From: Methanobacteriota archaeon
GTDB lineage: Archaea; Thermoplasmatota; Poseidoniia; Poseidoniales; Poseidoniaceae
Direction of reading: 5' to 3'
Length of the DNA: 64,000 bases
NCBI GenBank assembly: GCA_018659375.1
Contig: JABJMO010000063.1
Location: 1,782-65,781, forward strand
The notes under the pieces were generated by a model. That model did no database searches and was not told the DNA's origin. It was given only the letters and a program-made list of their open reading frames with translations. Position numbers and translations under genes: made by a program. Within the stretch, counting starts at the first letter, position 1; every line of letters begins with the position of its first letter. This document shows positions 18,727-27,268 of the stretch, piece after piece.

Positions 18727-19665
18727 ATGGCGGAGGCTGGCATATTACCCCACGACCGCGGTCATTTACTATGGACTGCGGATGAAGGAGTTAGCAGATT
18801 GTTGCTCTCTAGCATGGACCGTTGGATTACTACGGTTTTAGCTGATGATTGTATTGATAGCCCGCTATTTGGCATGGGAGAAAAGACCACTGCGACAATT
18901 ATCGCCAAAGATGATGGTTTGGTGGCAGGAACTGCAATGGTTGACCATCTAATTCAGATTTGGGCTCCTTCAATTAACATTAATTGGCATGCATCTGATG
19001 GCAAAAAAGTGTCAATAGGCGATGATATTGCAACGGTTACTGGAGATCAAGAAAGTATACTAAAAATTGAGCGAAGTATCCTAAATATCCTAGGTCAGTT
19101 ATCCGGAATTGCCACAGAGACTAAAAAATGGTCTACTATTGCTGTCAAGCAGATTGCGTGCACTCGCAAGACGACTTGGGGGCTACTGGATAAATGGGCT
19201 GTTCACCTTGGTGGCGGCTTAACTCATCGACTAAATCGAGAAGATGCTTTAATGATTAAAGAAAATGATTTGGCTTCAATGGATGAAGTTTCGAACGATA
19301 ATAATGAGAGAATTGCTAAATTTATTCAAGAATTAGATTTAGAACAATTAAATTCTTTTTTGACAATTGAAGTTCGGACAGAAAAAGAAGCAATTACTGC
19401 CGCCGCTATATGGCAAAACACTCACGGAGAATCAGGCCATAAAGCGGTAATTATGTTAGATAATTTCGGACCTGAAAAATCTAAACAAGTAGTTAGACAA
19501 TTAGAAGAAATGGGGCTTAGAGACGCCGTTTATTTGGAAGCTAGTGGCAACATTACCCATGAAAAGTTGGAACTGTGGTTTGAATGTGGCATCGATGTTT
19601 TATCGACTAGTGCGATTAACCGTGGAGTAAAACCGTTGGATATGTCGATGATATTTGGTGATTAA
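18727..19665 (+). CDS. nadC: Nicotinate-nucleotide (quinolinate) pyrophosphorylase family
   Basis: Motifs ERSILNILGQLSGIATETKKW, CTRKTTWGLLDKWAVHLGGGLTHRLNREDALMIKEND, VIMLDNF and LEASGNIT...GIDVLSTSA. Confidence 0.75.
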   Translation: MAEAGILPHDRGHLLWTADEGVSRLLLSSMDRWITTVLADDCIDSPLFGMGEKTTATIIAKDDGLVAGTAMVDHLIQIWAPSININWHASDGKKVSIGDDIATVTGDQESILKIERSILNILGQLSGIATETKKWSTIAVKQIACTRKTTWGLLDKWAVHLGGGLTHRLNREDALMIKENDLASMDEVSNDNNERIAKFIQELDLEQLNSFLTIEVRTEKEAITAAAIWQNTHGESGHKAVIMLDNFGPEKSKQVVRQLEEMGLRDAVYLEASGNITHEKLELWFECGIDVLSTSAINRGVKPLDMSMIFGD

Positions 19666-20415
19666 ATGTCTAGTTTCTCTGCTGACCCAAGTCATCCTAG
19701 ATATCAATCCTTATTGAGCAGACATAGGCTTGAACAGGCAGCAAAGCAAGGTATGCTTGCTGATAGTGCATTAATCGCCCATGGGCGCGGGGAGGCTTAT
19801 GATTACTTAATCGGCGAAAAGACCTCGCCAAATGCCTTAGAAGCCACAAAAAATGCCTTGGCACACTTAATAGCCGGAAAAAAATCAGTAATTTCGCTCA
19901 ATGGCAATACTACAGCGTTAGCAGGGTATGAGTTGATGAAAATTGCTGAATACTTGCAATGTCCTATTGAGGTCAATATTTTTTATCGTACAGAACAGCG
20001 TATTAGTGCCTTATTTGGATATTTAGATGCGATAAAACAGGAACATGGTATTAACGTTAATATCCTTGGTAAAAATCCTGATACGAAGATTCCAGGGCTC
20101 AAAGGGCCTAGAGCAAAATGTTGTACTGAAGGGATTTACTCTAGCGATGTCATCTTAGTACCGCTTGAAGACGGAGACCGTTGTGAGGCATTGGTTGCTA
20201 TGGGTAAAACCGTTATTGTTGTAGACCTTAATCCCTTATCTAGATCAGCAAAAATGGCATCGATTACCATTGTTGATGAAATTTCTAGAGTTTCTAAAAG
20301 GATGCTAAACTTAATCCAAGCCAATGATTTACCAAGTATACAAATAGAATTCAATAATGATAAAAATCTTCAGGCAAGTGTTAACATTATTGCTGGAAAC
20401 TACCGTAATGTTTAG
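19666..20415 (+). CDS. 4-phosphopantoate--beta-alanine ligase (phosphopantothenate synthetase, archaeal)
   Basis: N-terminus SHPRYQSLLSRHRLEQAAKQGMLADSALIAHGRGEAYDYLIGEKT closely follows the conserved archaeal PPS N-terminus (SHPRY.SL..RE.......G.....GLIAHGRGEAFDYL.GE.T). The ATG directly follows the nadC TAA. Confidence 0.8.
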   Translation: MSSFSADPSHPRYQSLLSRHRLEQAAKQGMLADSALIAHGRGEAYDYLIGEKTSPNALEATKNALAHLIAGKKSVISLNGNTTALAGYELMKIAEYLQCPIEVNIFYRTEQRISALFGYLDAIKQEHGINVNILGKNPDTKIPGLKGPRAKCCTEGIYSSDVILVPLEDGDRCEALVAMGKTVIVVDLNPLSRSAKMASITIVDEISRVSKRMLNLIQANDLPSIQIEFNNDKNLQASVNIIAGNYRNV

Positions 20416-20497
20416 TTTCAATCGGTATAAACTGGGCTTTGAGGTTTTTGTCGGCATAATTGTTTTATCTTAACAAATTAAACTAGCCTTGAAAGAA

Positions 20498-21115
20498 ATG
20501 GTTAGTGAAACTGGAGTCAACCCGAAAAAAGGCACTTTTGGTACCAGTATTTCCTTTGATATTGATGAGACCCCAAAACCGATGAGACGCAAGGGAAGAG
20601 AAAAAATAGATTTGATGGAAAATAATACTGCGGAATCTGATGAAATTAGTAACTGTCCGGGATGTGGTGCTGATATTAGCCATGACGAATGGCTGGATTG
20701 TTTGATTGGGTTTATCTCTGGCGCCCATGATTTTGAAGTTGGCAATCCGGTAAGAGCAAGAATTGTGCAAAATCTAAGGAACCTTGCAGCAAGAATGAAC
20801 GTCCCAAGCCCAACAGATAGTTGGGAATTAGCCGTTATTGATAAGCTGATTATTGAGATAAAAAGACTCGTTGCTGCTGAGGTCGATAGAACAAATCGCA
20901 AGCAAACTGCTCCGAATAAATTGGGTGATGAAGAGCGGGAAGCAATCATAATTGAGACTGAAAATCGGGTTATTAATACCATGGCATTAGAAATCCAGGA
21001 AGCATTAATTGAGCAATTAACTCCTCAATTAGAAGTTCAAATTCGGCAACAGGTGGAACAAGAGTTATGGGTTCAATTTGAGGAAGAATGGCGGAATAGA
21101 ACAACTAATTCTTAA
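20498..21115 (+). CDS. Hypothetical protein with CxxC...C metal-binding-like motif and Q/E-rich coiled-coil C-terminus
   Basis: Motif NCPGCGADISHDEWLDC, with C-terminus LEVQIRQQVEQELWVQFEEEWRNR. The opposite-strand ORF 20470..20982 is S/L-rich, typical of the antisense frame of a charged protein. I prefer the ATG at 20498 over the TTG at 20489. Confidence 0.5.
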   Translation: MVSETGVNPKKGTFGTSISFDIDETPKPMRRKGREKIDLMENNTAESDEISNCPGCGADISHDEWLDCLIGFISGAHDFEVGNPVRARIVQNLRNLAARMNVPSPTDSWELAVIDKLIIEIKRLVAAEVDRTNRKQTAPNKLGDEEREAIIIETENRVINTMALEIQEALIEQLTPQLEVQIRQQVEQELWVQFEEEWRNRTTNS

Positions 21116-21196
21116 GTGCGATTTTATCTAAATTACCGAGGTTTACCTTTTTGTTTAATGATATTCTTCATAGGCTGTCAAATCTAACAAAGAGAT

Positions 21197-21802
21197 ATGC
21201 GAGACGACCCGCTGCATCTTGGCTCAATGCCAGCAGAGATTCAGAGACTCTGCGAGGTCATGCTGGGGATTGACCCTCACTGGCAACTCGAAGCTTGGCT
21301 AAAGCAACAAGCAAGCGCAAGTTTAGAAATCATTTCAAGCGAACTGGAAGTTGAATTAAAAACGGCTGAACAGAGATTAAAGCGCATAACGGATATTAAA
21401 GATCGGTTGAAAAATGATAACTTAAGATTCGCTGATAAAAACCAGACAAATCTGTTTGATTGCTTTAGTATAGATATTGATAAGTCCATTGTGGGTCTTG
21501 GCTCAAGAGCGATAGATAATGATGAACAGTATTCTGAAACACATCCTGTTAATGCGTTCTTGAATCTGTTACCAGATGACCAAGGTGACGACCCATTACT
21601 GGCTGTGGCTTGCCAAAACTTATTGATGATTATCGAGGGTGAATTAGCAAGAGGAAAAGAAGCCGCCTCGCTTGAGTTAATCGTTACAGAACTTGACAAA
21701 ACTGGTATTTCTTATGAAGAAATTGATGAAGCAATAGAACATTCTCTTATGACTGGCTCCATTATTGAAATCGACAATGATTGTTTTATCACAATAAGAT
21801 GA
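21197..21802 (+). CDS. Hypothetical acidic protein, possible C-terminal winged-helix
   Basis: 201 aa. The C-terminal LELIVTELDKTGISYEEIDEAIEHSLMTGSIIEIDNDCFITI looks wH-like. Its stop overlaps the next ATG (ATGA at 21799-21802). Confidence 0.5.
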   Translation: MRDDPLHLGSMPAEIQRLCEVMLGIDPHWQLEAWLKQQASASLEIISSELEVELKTAEQRLKRITDIKDRLKNDNLRFADKNQTNLFDCFSIDIDKSIVGLGSRAIDNDEQYSETHPVNAFLNLLPDDQGDDPLLAVACQNLLMIIEGELARGKEAASLELIVTELDKTGISYEEIDEAIEHSLMTGSIIEIDNDCFITIR

Positions 21803-22125
21803 GAGGCCTTGTCATGGCCCTAGCAAAAAAAGAGGCTGCTCAATTATTAATTGATGCATTAAGGTCTGAAAAAAAGCTGAAGGGCAGAGTAATTGCCGTT
21901 ATAATTCAATCAGTCCTAATTGCAATTGTAGTCACTTACCTCACGTCATGGTATTTCGGTTTAGCTTGCATACTAGTGTTCAGTTTACTTGGCCAGTTTG
22001 CTCATGAGAGAATGACTAATTCAATTACTGTGCGAAAGATTACCGCAATAAAATCGCTAAGATGGAATGAAACCGAACTAGAAAATCCTGAGTTGTTGAA
22101 TAAATTAAATAAAATTCTAGAATAA
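21799..22125 (+). CDS. Small membrane protein (two TM helices)
   Basis: The ATG at 21799 overlaps the upstream TGA. The hydrophobic segment is VIAVIIQSVLIAIVVTYLTSWYFGLACILVFSLLGQF. Confidence 0.45.
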   Translation: MRGLVMALAKKEAAQLLIDALRSEKKLKGRVIAVIIQSVLIAIVVTYLTSWYFGLACILVFSLLGQFAHERMTNSITVRKITAIKSLRWNETELENPELLNKLNKILE

Positions 22126-22161
22126 GGAAGTCAAATATATGACTCCTAGTTAGTTGACAAT

Positions 22162-22911
22162 ATGAAGGTCAAGGCAATATTGGTGGCAGGGGGCCACGGA
22201 AGTCGCCTATATCCGTTCACTAAAATCTCTCAAAAAACCCTCCTTCCATTGTATGAACGCCCGGTAATTGATTATGCTCTTGGTACGATTAGACGGGCTG
22301 GAATCAAGAATATCACGATAATATCAAACCAATTCATTGGCCAAATTGCCAAACATGTTGGCTCCGGATTAGAGGGTGAACAAATTCATTATGTCTTGGA
22401 AGAAACTCCTGAAGGTGTCGCAAACGCGCTCAATTTAGCAAGGCCGCATAATGAAAACTGTCGCTTGTTAATTTATTTTTCAGACAATATTACTACTATT
22501 GAACTATCAGGGTATGTCGAATCATTCAGACAGGCAGAGACAAATCCTGGGTGCATATTATTATCAAGGGAAGAAGAAAACCCGAACGCCTTTGGAGTTG
22601 CTGAGTTTGATGAACACGGCAACATTGTTGACATTGTTGAAAAACCAGAATCTCCACCCTCAAATATTGCTATTGGTGGAATATACCTTTATGACGAACA
22701 ATTTTGGAGTTTAATGGACCAGTGTGAGAAAGAAATGGGTGAAAAATTATCAATTACTGATGTCAATCGTAAGTATGTGCAAAATAATTCCGCTCAGTTG
22801 CTTAACATTGGTAAAGAAACATGGGTTGACTGTGGGACTCCTGACTCATTACTAGATGCTTCTATAATGGCCAGAGATGGGAAGTTAAATCCAAACCCTT
22901 ACAGAAAATAA
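22162..22911 (+). CDS. Sugar-1-phosphate nucleotidyltransferase (RmlA/GlmU-like short form)
   Basis: The N-terminus KAILVAGGHGSRLYPFTKISQKTLLPLYERPVIDY is a G-x-G-x-R nucleotidyltransferase signature. VEKPESPPSNIAIGGIYLY is also present. Confidence 0.8.
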   Translation: MKVKAILVAGGHGSRLYPFTKISQKTLLPLYERPVIDYALGTIRRAGIKNITIISNQFIGQIAKHVGSGLEGEQIHYVLEETPEGVANALNLARPHNENCRLLIYFSDNITTIELSGYVESFRQAETNPGCILLSREEENPNAFGVAEFDEHGNIVDIVEKPESPPSNIAIGGIYLYDEQFWSLMDQCEKEMGEKLSITDVNRKYVQNNSAQLLNIGKETWVDCGTPDSLLDASIMARDGKLNPNPYRK

Positions 22912-22939
22912 TAGAAAAAATATTACAAACTATAGGTGA

Positions 22940-23773
22940 GTGGGACTAGTGAAAATTGGAATTATTGGTGCTGGAATGGTTGGTGGCGCAATCGAACATT
23001 GCTTCAAAGAAGCGCATGAGTTATTTGTTCATGACCCGGCTAGAGGCACAACACTCCAACATGTTATCGATAATGTTGATTTTGCCTATATCGCAGTTCC
23101 AACACCACCTCACCCAGTACACGGAGGGTGCGATACTAGGATTGTTGAAGAAATACTAGACTCCTTACCCGATGGCTTTACAGCAGTCATCAAAAGTACG
23201 GTAATTCCTGGTACAACCCAGCAATTCCATGATAAATATGGCCATCTAAAAATCGCCTATTCTCCAGAATTTTTGGTCGAAAGACGTAGGTTAGAAGATT
23301 TCGCTAATCAAGACATATTAGTCTGTGGCACTCACCACGAAGATGTTGCGCAAACTGTTTTCAAACAACATAAGGATGCGGGAGTGTTGCGTTCGGAAAA
23401 TTTGTTCCAGGTAACTCCGACCCAAGCTGAATTGGTAAAATATACCAAAAATACATTCTATGCAACCAAGGTTATTTTTGCTAATCAAATGTATGACATT
23501 TGTCAAGCACTTGGCGAGGATTGGTACAAGATAAAGGAGATAATTACGACCAAGCAAGACCAACCTATTGGTGAGTCACATTTAGATCCAATCTTTGGAT
23601 TAAGTCGTGGTTTTGGCGGGAAGTGTCTGCCGAAGGATTCCCAAGCCTTAGCGGTACTAGCAGAATCTTTGTCTTGCAACTATGAATTACTTACCGCTAT
23701 TCAAAATGACAACGAAAAGCTTCGTGCAATATTAACGGGTAAACCAAGTGATGTAATTACTAATGATGATTGA
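22940..23773 (+). CDS. UDP-glucose/GDP-mannose dehydrogenase family protein, short form lacking the C-terminal nucleotide-sugar-binding domain
   Basis: Rossmann segment [13 protein letters not shown] and catalytic-Cys motif [10 protein letters not shown]. At 277 aa it is much shorter than the family's usual full length. It has a GTG start. Confidence 0.65.
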   Translation: MGLVKIGIIGAGMVGGAIEHCFKEAHELFVHDPARGTTLQHVIDNVDFAYIAVPTPPHPVHGGCDTRIVEEILDSLPDGFTAVIKSTVIPGTTQQFHDKYGHLKIAYSPEFLVERRRLEDFANQDILVCGTHHEDVAQTVFKQHKDAGVLRSENLFQVTPTQAELVKYTKNTFYATKVIFANQMYDICQALGEDWYKIKEIITTKQDQPIGESHLDPIFGLSRGFGGKCLPKDSQALAVLAESLSCNYELLTAIQNDNEKLRAILTGKPSDVITNDD

Positions 23774-23778
23774 AAACA

Positions 23779-24210
23779 ATGGGTGAAATGATGGAAAAAC
23801 CTCAACTTTCATCTATTGCCCCCAGAGGGACAATACGGAGATTTGCTGCTGCGGGTGGAGTTAATACTCTACTGTTTTGGATTTTCTGGGAGATGCTTCG
23901 AATAAGCCCTGCACTAAACCTTTTTTCAGAGACTGGAGTTTGGACTATTGCTTGGATAATGTCTTGTACGATCGCCCATTTTACTCACCGATACTTCACT
24001 TTTGATAAACGGAAGAATGTCAAAAACACGATGCTTGGAGCATATACTGTATATGCAATAGGAGGGGTTCTATCAACCATCTCATACAATGCGATATATT
24101 CTATGTTTGATTGGGAAATTAGAACAATATTCGCATTGAACATGGCGATTTGGGGGCTGTTTACCTGGGCGTCTATGCGATGGTTTGTCTTTGGCTATAA
24201 TGATGATTAA
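23779..24210 (+). CDS. GtrA-like membrane protein (glycan/lipid-linked sugar translocation family)
   Basis: RFAAAGGVNTLLFWIFWEML followed by four hydrophobic helices fits GtrA-family topology. I prefer the ATG at 23779 over the TTG at 23770. Confidence 0.7.
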   Translation: MGEMMEKPQLSSIAPRGTIRRFAAAGGVNTLLFWIFWEMLRISPALNLFSETGVWTIAWIMSCTIAHFTHRYFTFDKRKNVKNTMLGAYTVYAIGGVLSTISYNAIYSMFDWEIRTIFALNMAIWGLFTWASMRWFVFGYNDD

Positions 24211-24296
24211 CGGAAACTACTAAGCTTGTTGAAAAATCATACATTTCCGTTTAAATTGTCCGTGAAGTTCATGGCTGATGAACGATACGACAGTCT

Positions 24297-24728
24297 ATGC
24301 TGCCAGACACGATACACAAGTTGTCAAGAGAAGAGCGATTTTCTTACGCAAGATTACTAGCTTTCATGACCAGAGTGGATAATGAATTAACTGTGGATGA
24401 AATGGCGATGTTTGAGCAACGACTCGGCACTGCACTATTGTCCCCAAAACAGAGAGAATTAATTCGTCACGCCTTGAAAGCGCCTCCTTCATTAGAAGAA
24501 TGTTTAGCTGGGTTAAGTGATGAGGCTGGCCGTTTAGCACTTAGAGATTCTATCTTAATGGCTGCTGCTGATGGTAATGTTGATGATGACGAAAAAGCAG
24601 TTCTTCTAAAAATAATTGCTCATCTGGGCCTACCAGAAGAATCACTTGATAAATTATTGAAATGGACTGTTAAAGGATACAATTGGATGCAATCCGGATA
24701 CGATATTTTGAATGAGTTATCGGAGTGA
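24297..24728 (+). CDS. TerB-like domain protein (paralogue 1)
   Basis: Segments ERFSYARLLAFMTRVDNELTVDEMAMFE and LALRDSILMAAADGNVDDDEKAVLLKIIAHLGLPEE give the bipartite ADG-x-hydrophobic-x3-E pattern of TerB / DjlA-N-terminal domains. Confidence 0.6.
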   Translation: MLPDTIHKLSREERFSYARLLAFMTRVDNELTVDEMAMFEQRLGTALLSPKQRELIRHALKAPPSLEECLAGLSDEAGRLALRDSILMAAADGNVDDDEKAVLLKIIAHLGLPEESLDKLLKWTVKGYNWMQSGYDILNELSE

Positions 24729-24734
24729 AGCCCA

Positions 24735-25154
24735 GTGTTTTCTGATCTGGTTAATGAGTTGACCATGGATGAGCGTTTATCTCATGCTCAACTAATGGTT
24801 GCTGTCGCTTCTGTTGATGGGGAACTGGTATTGGAAGAACTGATCATGATAGAGTCGATTATGGGGAAATCAATGCTCCATCCAGAGATGCGTGTTGATG
24901 TTCGAAATACTTTGTCACACCCTGTAGAATTAGAAAAATCTATGGAAATGTTATCAAGAAGAGGCAAGCAATTAGCCCTGAGAGATGCGATAATGATTTC
25001 AGCTTGTGATGGTGAATACGATAAAAAAGAAATTAGAGTAATCGCAAAAATTGCTAAATTAGCAGGCGTTGAAAAAACTAAACTGTCACAACTGTACGAA
25101 TGGGTTAGTGAATATTGGGAATGTTTTAACAAATCATCTACTATTTTTGAATAA
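24735..25154 (+). CDS. TerB-like domain protein (paralogue 2)
   Basis: Segments ERLSHAQLMVAVASVDGELVLEELIMIE and LALRDAIMISACDGEYDKKEIRVIAKIAKLAGVEK are collinear with the preceding ORF. It has a GTG start. Confidence 0.6.
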   Translation: MFSDLVNELTMDERLSHAQLMVAVASVDGELVLEELIMIESIMGKSMLHPEMRVDVRNTLSHPVELEKSMEMLSRRGKQLALRDAIMISACDGEYDKKEIRVIAKIAKLAGVEKTKLSQLYEWVSEYWECFNKSSTIFE

Positions 25155-25315
25155 TTTATTTTCAATTATTTCCGCTTTCTAGACTTTTAATACTCGCTTA
25201 CGGCATAAACCGGAATTTTTTTACTTCATAGTAAAAATAAGATGCGCTTCTTGGGAAACACGACTGTTTATTACTGATAAGTCAGTGGTAAGGGCGCTAG
25301 CGCTGAGGGAATACA

Positions 25316-25897
25316 ATGGGACTACATCCAAAGATAGGAATTACAGGTCTTCCACGAAGTGGAAAGTCTGCCGTAATGGAAAAAGTTCTAGGTATGCTTA
25401 GCGAAGAAAGGAACCGGGAAATCAGCCTACGTGGAAACCACTCTGGAAAACCAATTATTGCTGGATTAAGGACTGAGCCGATTATTGAAAACGGTGAACG
25501 CTTAGGTTACAAGGTCATTGATATCATTACTGGAGAAGAAGGCGTGATTGCCCACAAAGAATTCGACTCTAGGTTAAGGGTTCTTGGCTATGGATTAGAC
25601 CTAGAAGCCTTGGAAAGAGTGGCGATTCCAGCAATTGAATATGCTAAAGAAGAAAGTGAGGTCTTAGTCATCGATGAAATTGGTAAATTTACTGTCGAAA
25701 GTGAAGCATTTGTCAATTGTGTCAGAGGCGCACTAGAAATGGACAAACCAACCTTGTTAACCCTACACAAGAAAAGTCGACATCCCCTACTACAAGACAT
25801 ACGACGCAGGGATGATGGTCGAATTCTTGAAGTCACCCCGGTAAATAGAGCCCTATTACCATATAAAATTCACAAGTTGATGAGAGAGACATACTAG
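25316..25897 (+). CDS. Nucleoside-triphosphatase, THEP1 family
   Basis: Walker A is IGITGLPRSGKSAV and Walker B is VLVIDEIGKFTVES (family consensus DEIGKME). The size, 193 aa, fits the family. Confidence 0.75.
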   Translation: MGLHPKIGITGLPRSGKSAVMEKVLGMLSEERNREISLRGNHSGKPIIAGLRTEPIIENGERLGYKVIDIITGEEGVIAHKEFDSRLRVLGYGLDLEALERVAIPAIEYAKEESEVLVIDEIGKFTVESEAFVNCVRGALEMDKPTLLTLHKKSRHPLLQDIRRRDDGRILEVTPVNRALLPYKIHKLMRETY

Positions 25898-25936
25898 TCC
25901 CGTTTAATTCATCACTCATGCCATACTGGCTAGTTC

Positions 25937-26281
25937 ATGGACGAGCCAAGCAAAGCGGCAAACCGCGTACTACTTGGCACCGGATTAGGGCTAATTCTAG
26001 TCTGTGGTTTTGCCATAAGTGAACAACGCATGGCCCTCGATGAACTAGGAATTGGTCACCTTTTCCTGATTGGCGGAATTGCGTTTTTGGTACTATCCCG
26101 ATTGGTAAATTATGAAACTTCAGTACTAGTGAAATACTTCCCAAATGAGACTGAGCAAAATATGAAAGCTAGAATTCATGATGAATTATCACGAGCTGAA
26201 CGCGAAAATGAGGTCGGCAATGCATGGGCAGAATTAGAAAGTAAAGTCCTAACTTCTGAAATTGCTCAAGAATCAGAGTAG
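25937..26281 (+). CDS. Small membrane protein with acidic C-terminal tail
   Basis: Two hydrophobic helices (VLLGTGLGLILVCGFAI and LFLIGGIAFLVLSRLV) precede a charged tail. I recognise no family. Confidence 0.45.
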   Translation: MDEPSKAANRVLLGTGLGLILVCGFAISEQRMALDELGIGHLFLIGGIAFLVLSRLVNYETSVLVKYFPNETEQNMKARIHDELSRAERENEVGNAWAELESKVLTSEIAQESE

Positions 26282-26335
26282 ATTCTTTGCGAATATTCAA
26301 GAATCCTCTACTCTACCGCTGGATGAGGCGATACA

Positions 26336-26719
26336 ATGAGTGAGATTCCCGAAGGTCTGTATTATACCAAAGAACATGAATGGTTGAAGGTAGATGGTGA
26401 CACTGTGACTATAGGGATAACAGACCATGCTCAACATGCGCTTACCGACATTGTTTACATCGAACTTCCCGATAGCGGCATGGTAGTTGACGACATGGGA
26501 GAATTTGCTGTGGTTGAATCAGTAAAGTCTGCATCACCTATTTTTGCCCCACTAAGCGGAGAAATTACCGAAGTGAATGAAGAATTAGAGGACACTCCGG
26601 AATTGATGAACACTAGCCCATATGGGGATGGTTGGATAATTAAAATGACAATCAATAATCCTGACCAACTTGCTAATCTAATGGATGCTGCTGCATACCG
26701 TGCTGAGATTGGCGAGTGA
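26336..26719 (+). CDS. gcvH: Glycine cleavage system H protein (lipoyl carrier)
   Basis: Motifs YYTKEHEWLKVDGDTVTIGITDHAQ, the lipoyl-lysine motif VESVKSAS, and SPYGDGWIIKM. Confidence 0.9.
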   Translation: MSEIPEGLYYTKEHEWLKVDGDTVTIGITDHAQHALTDIVYIELPDSGMVVDDMGEFAVVESVKSASPIFAPLSGEITEVNEELEDTPELMNTSPYGDGWIIKMTINNPDQLANLMDAAAYRAEIGE

Positions 26720-27267
26720 ATAAGTTGACAACATTAAATGACCATTATGCACTTTATGTAGATGGTTCATGTTTAGAAAACAGAGATGTTTCTGCTACCA
26801 CTCCAGCCGCTTGGAGTTTGGTAATTGTTACTGGGGATAACGGACTGGGCAAAGGTAGTGGAGAAATTCTCGAGGAAACCTGGGGCTCGGTAATTACTGA
26901 TTATTCTGACTCCGCTTTCATTGGTGCAGAAGTGGGATCAAACAATACTGCAGAATTAACCGCGATTGCTGAAGCATTGCGGTGGCTACTGATTGACGGT
27001 GGCAATCGGCCGGCGATTGTCCATACAGATTCTCAATATGCTGGTAATTTAGCAACGGGTAATTGGAAAGCTAAAGCAAACAAACAGTTAGTGGCTATGG
27101 TTCAGAAATTGTGGCGAGAAGTGGGCGCTCTGCGCGAACTTAATTGGAGTCATGTAAGGGCACATAGAGGACATCGGTGGAATGAAAGAGCAGACCACCT
27201 AGCCAATCGGTGCGTCAATAATCAAGCTCCAATGCCATTGTCATTTTGGAAGCCTGGCCAAAGATAA
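26716..27267 (+). CDS. rnhA: Ribonuclease HI (type 1 RNase H)
   Basis: The DEDD set is LYVDGSC, SNNTAELTAIAEAL, HTDSQY and NERADHLA. The GTG start overlaps the gcvH stop (GTGA). Confidence 0.8.
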   Translation: MNKLTTLNDHYALYVDGSCLENRDVSATTPAAWSLVIVTGDNGLGKGSGEILEETWGSVITDYSDSAFIGAEVGSNNTAELTAIAEALRWLLIDGGNRPAIVHTDSQYAGNLATGNWKAKANKQLVAMVQKLWREVGALRELNWSHVRAHRGHRWNERADHLANRCVNNQAPMPLSFWKPGQR

Positions 27268-27268
27268 A

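Noticed and set aside
20470-20982. A 170-aa minus-strand ORF overlapping ORF 20498..21115.
   Set aside because: Its Ser/Leu/Ile-rich low-complexity translation is typical of the antisense frame of a Glu/Lys/Asp-rich gene. The plus-strand product has a normal charged composition and a CxxC motif.
24788-25165. A 125-aa minus-strand ORF antisense to the second TerB-like gene.
   Set aside because: It has the Ser/Ile-rich composition of an antisense frame. The plus-strand ORF is a clear paralogue of its neighbour.
25155-25315. The 161-bp intergenic region, examined for a small ORF or structured RNA. It contains a TTACT-TCAT-AGTAA hairpin, a T7 run and a GCGCTAGCGC palindrome.
   Set aside because: The only ATG-initiated ORF is 11 codons. 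The elements are short and equally consistent with an ordinary terminator plus promoter/RBS region. I cannot support an ncRNA call by eye.
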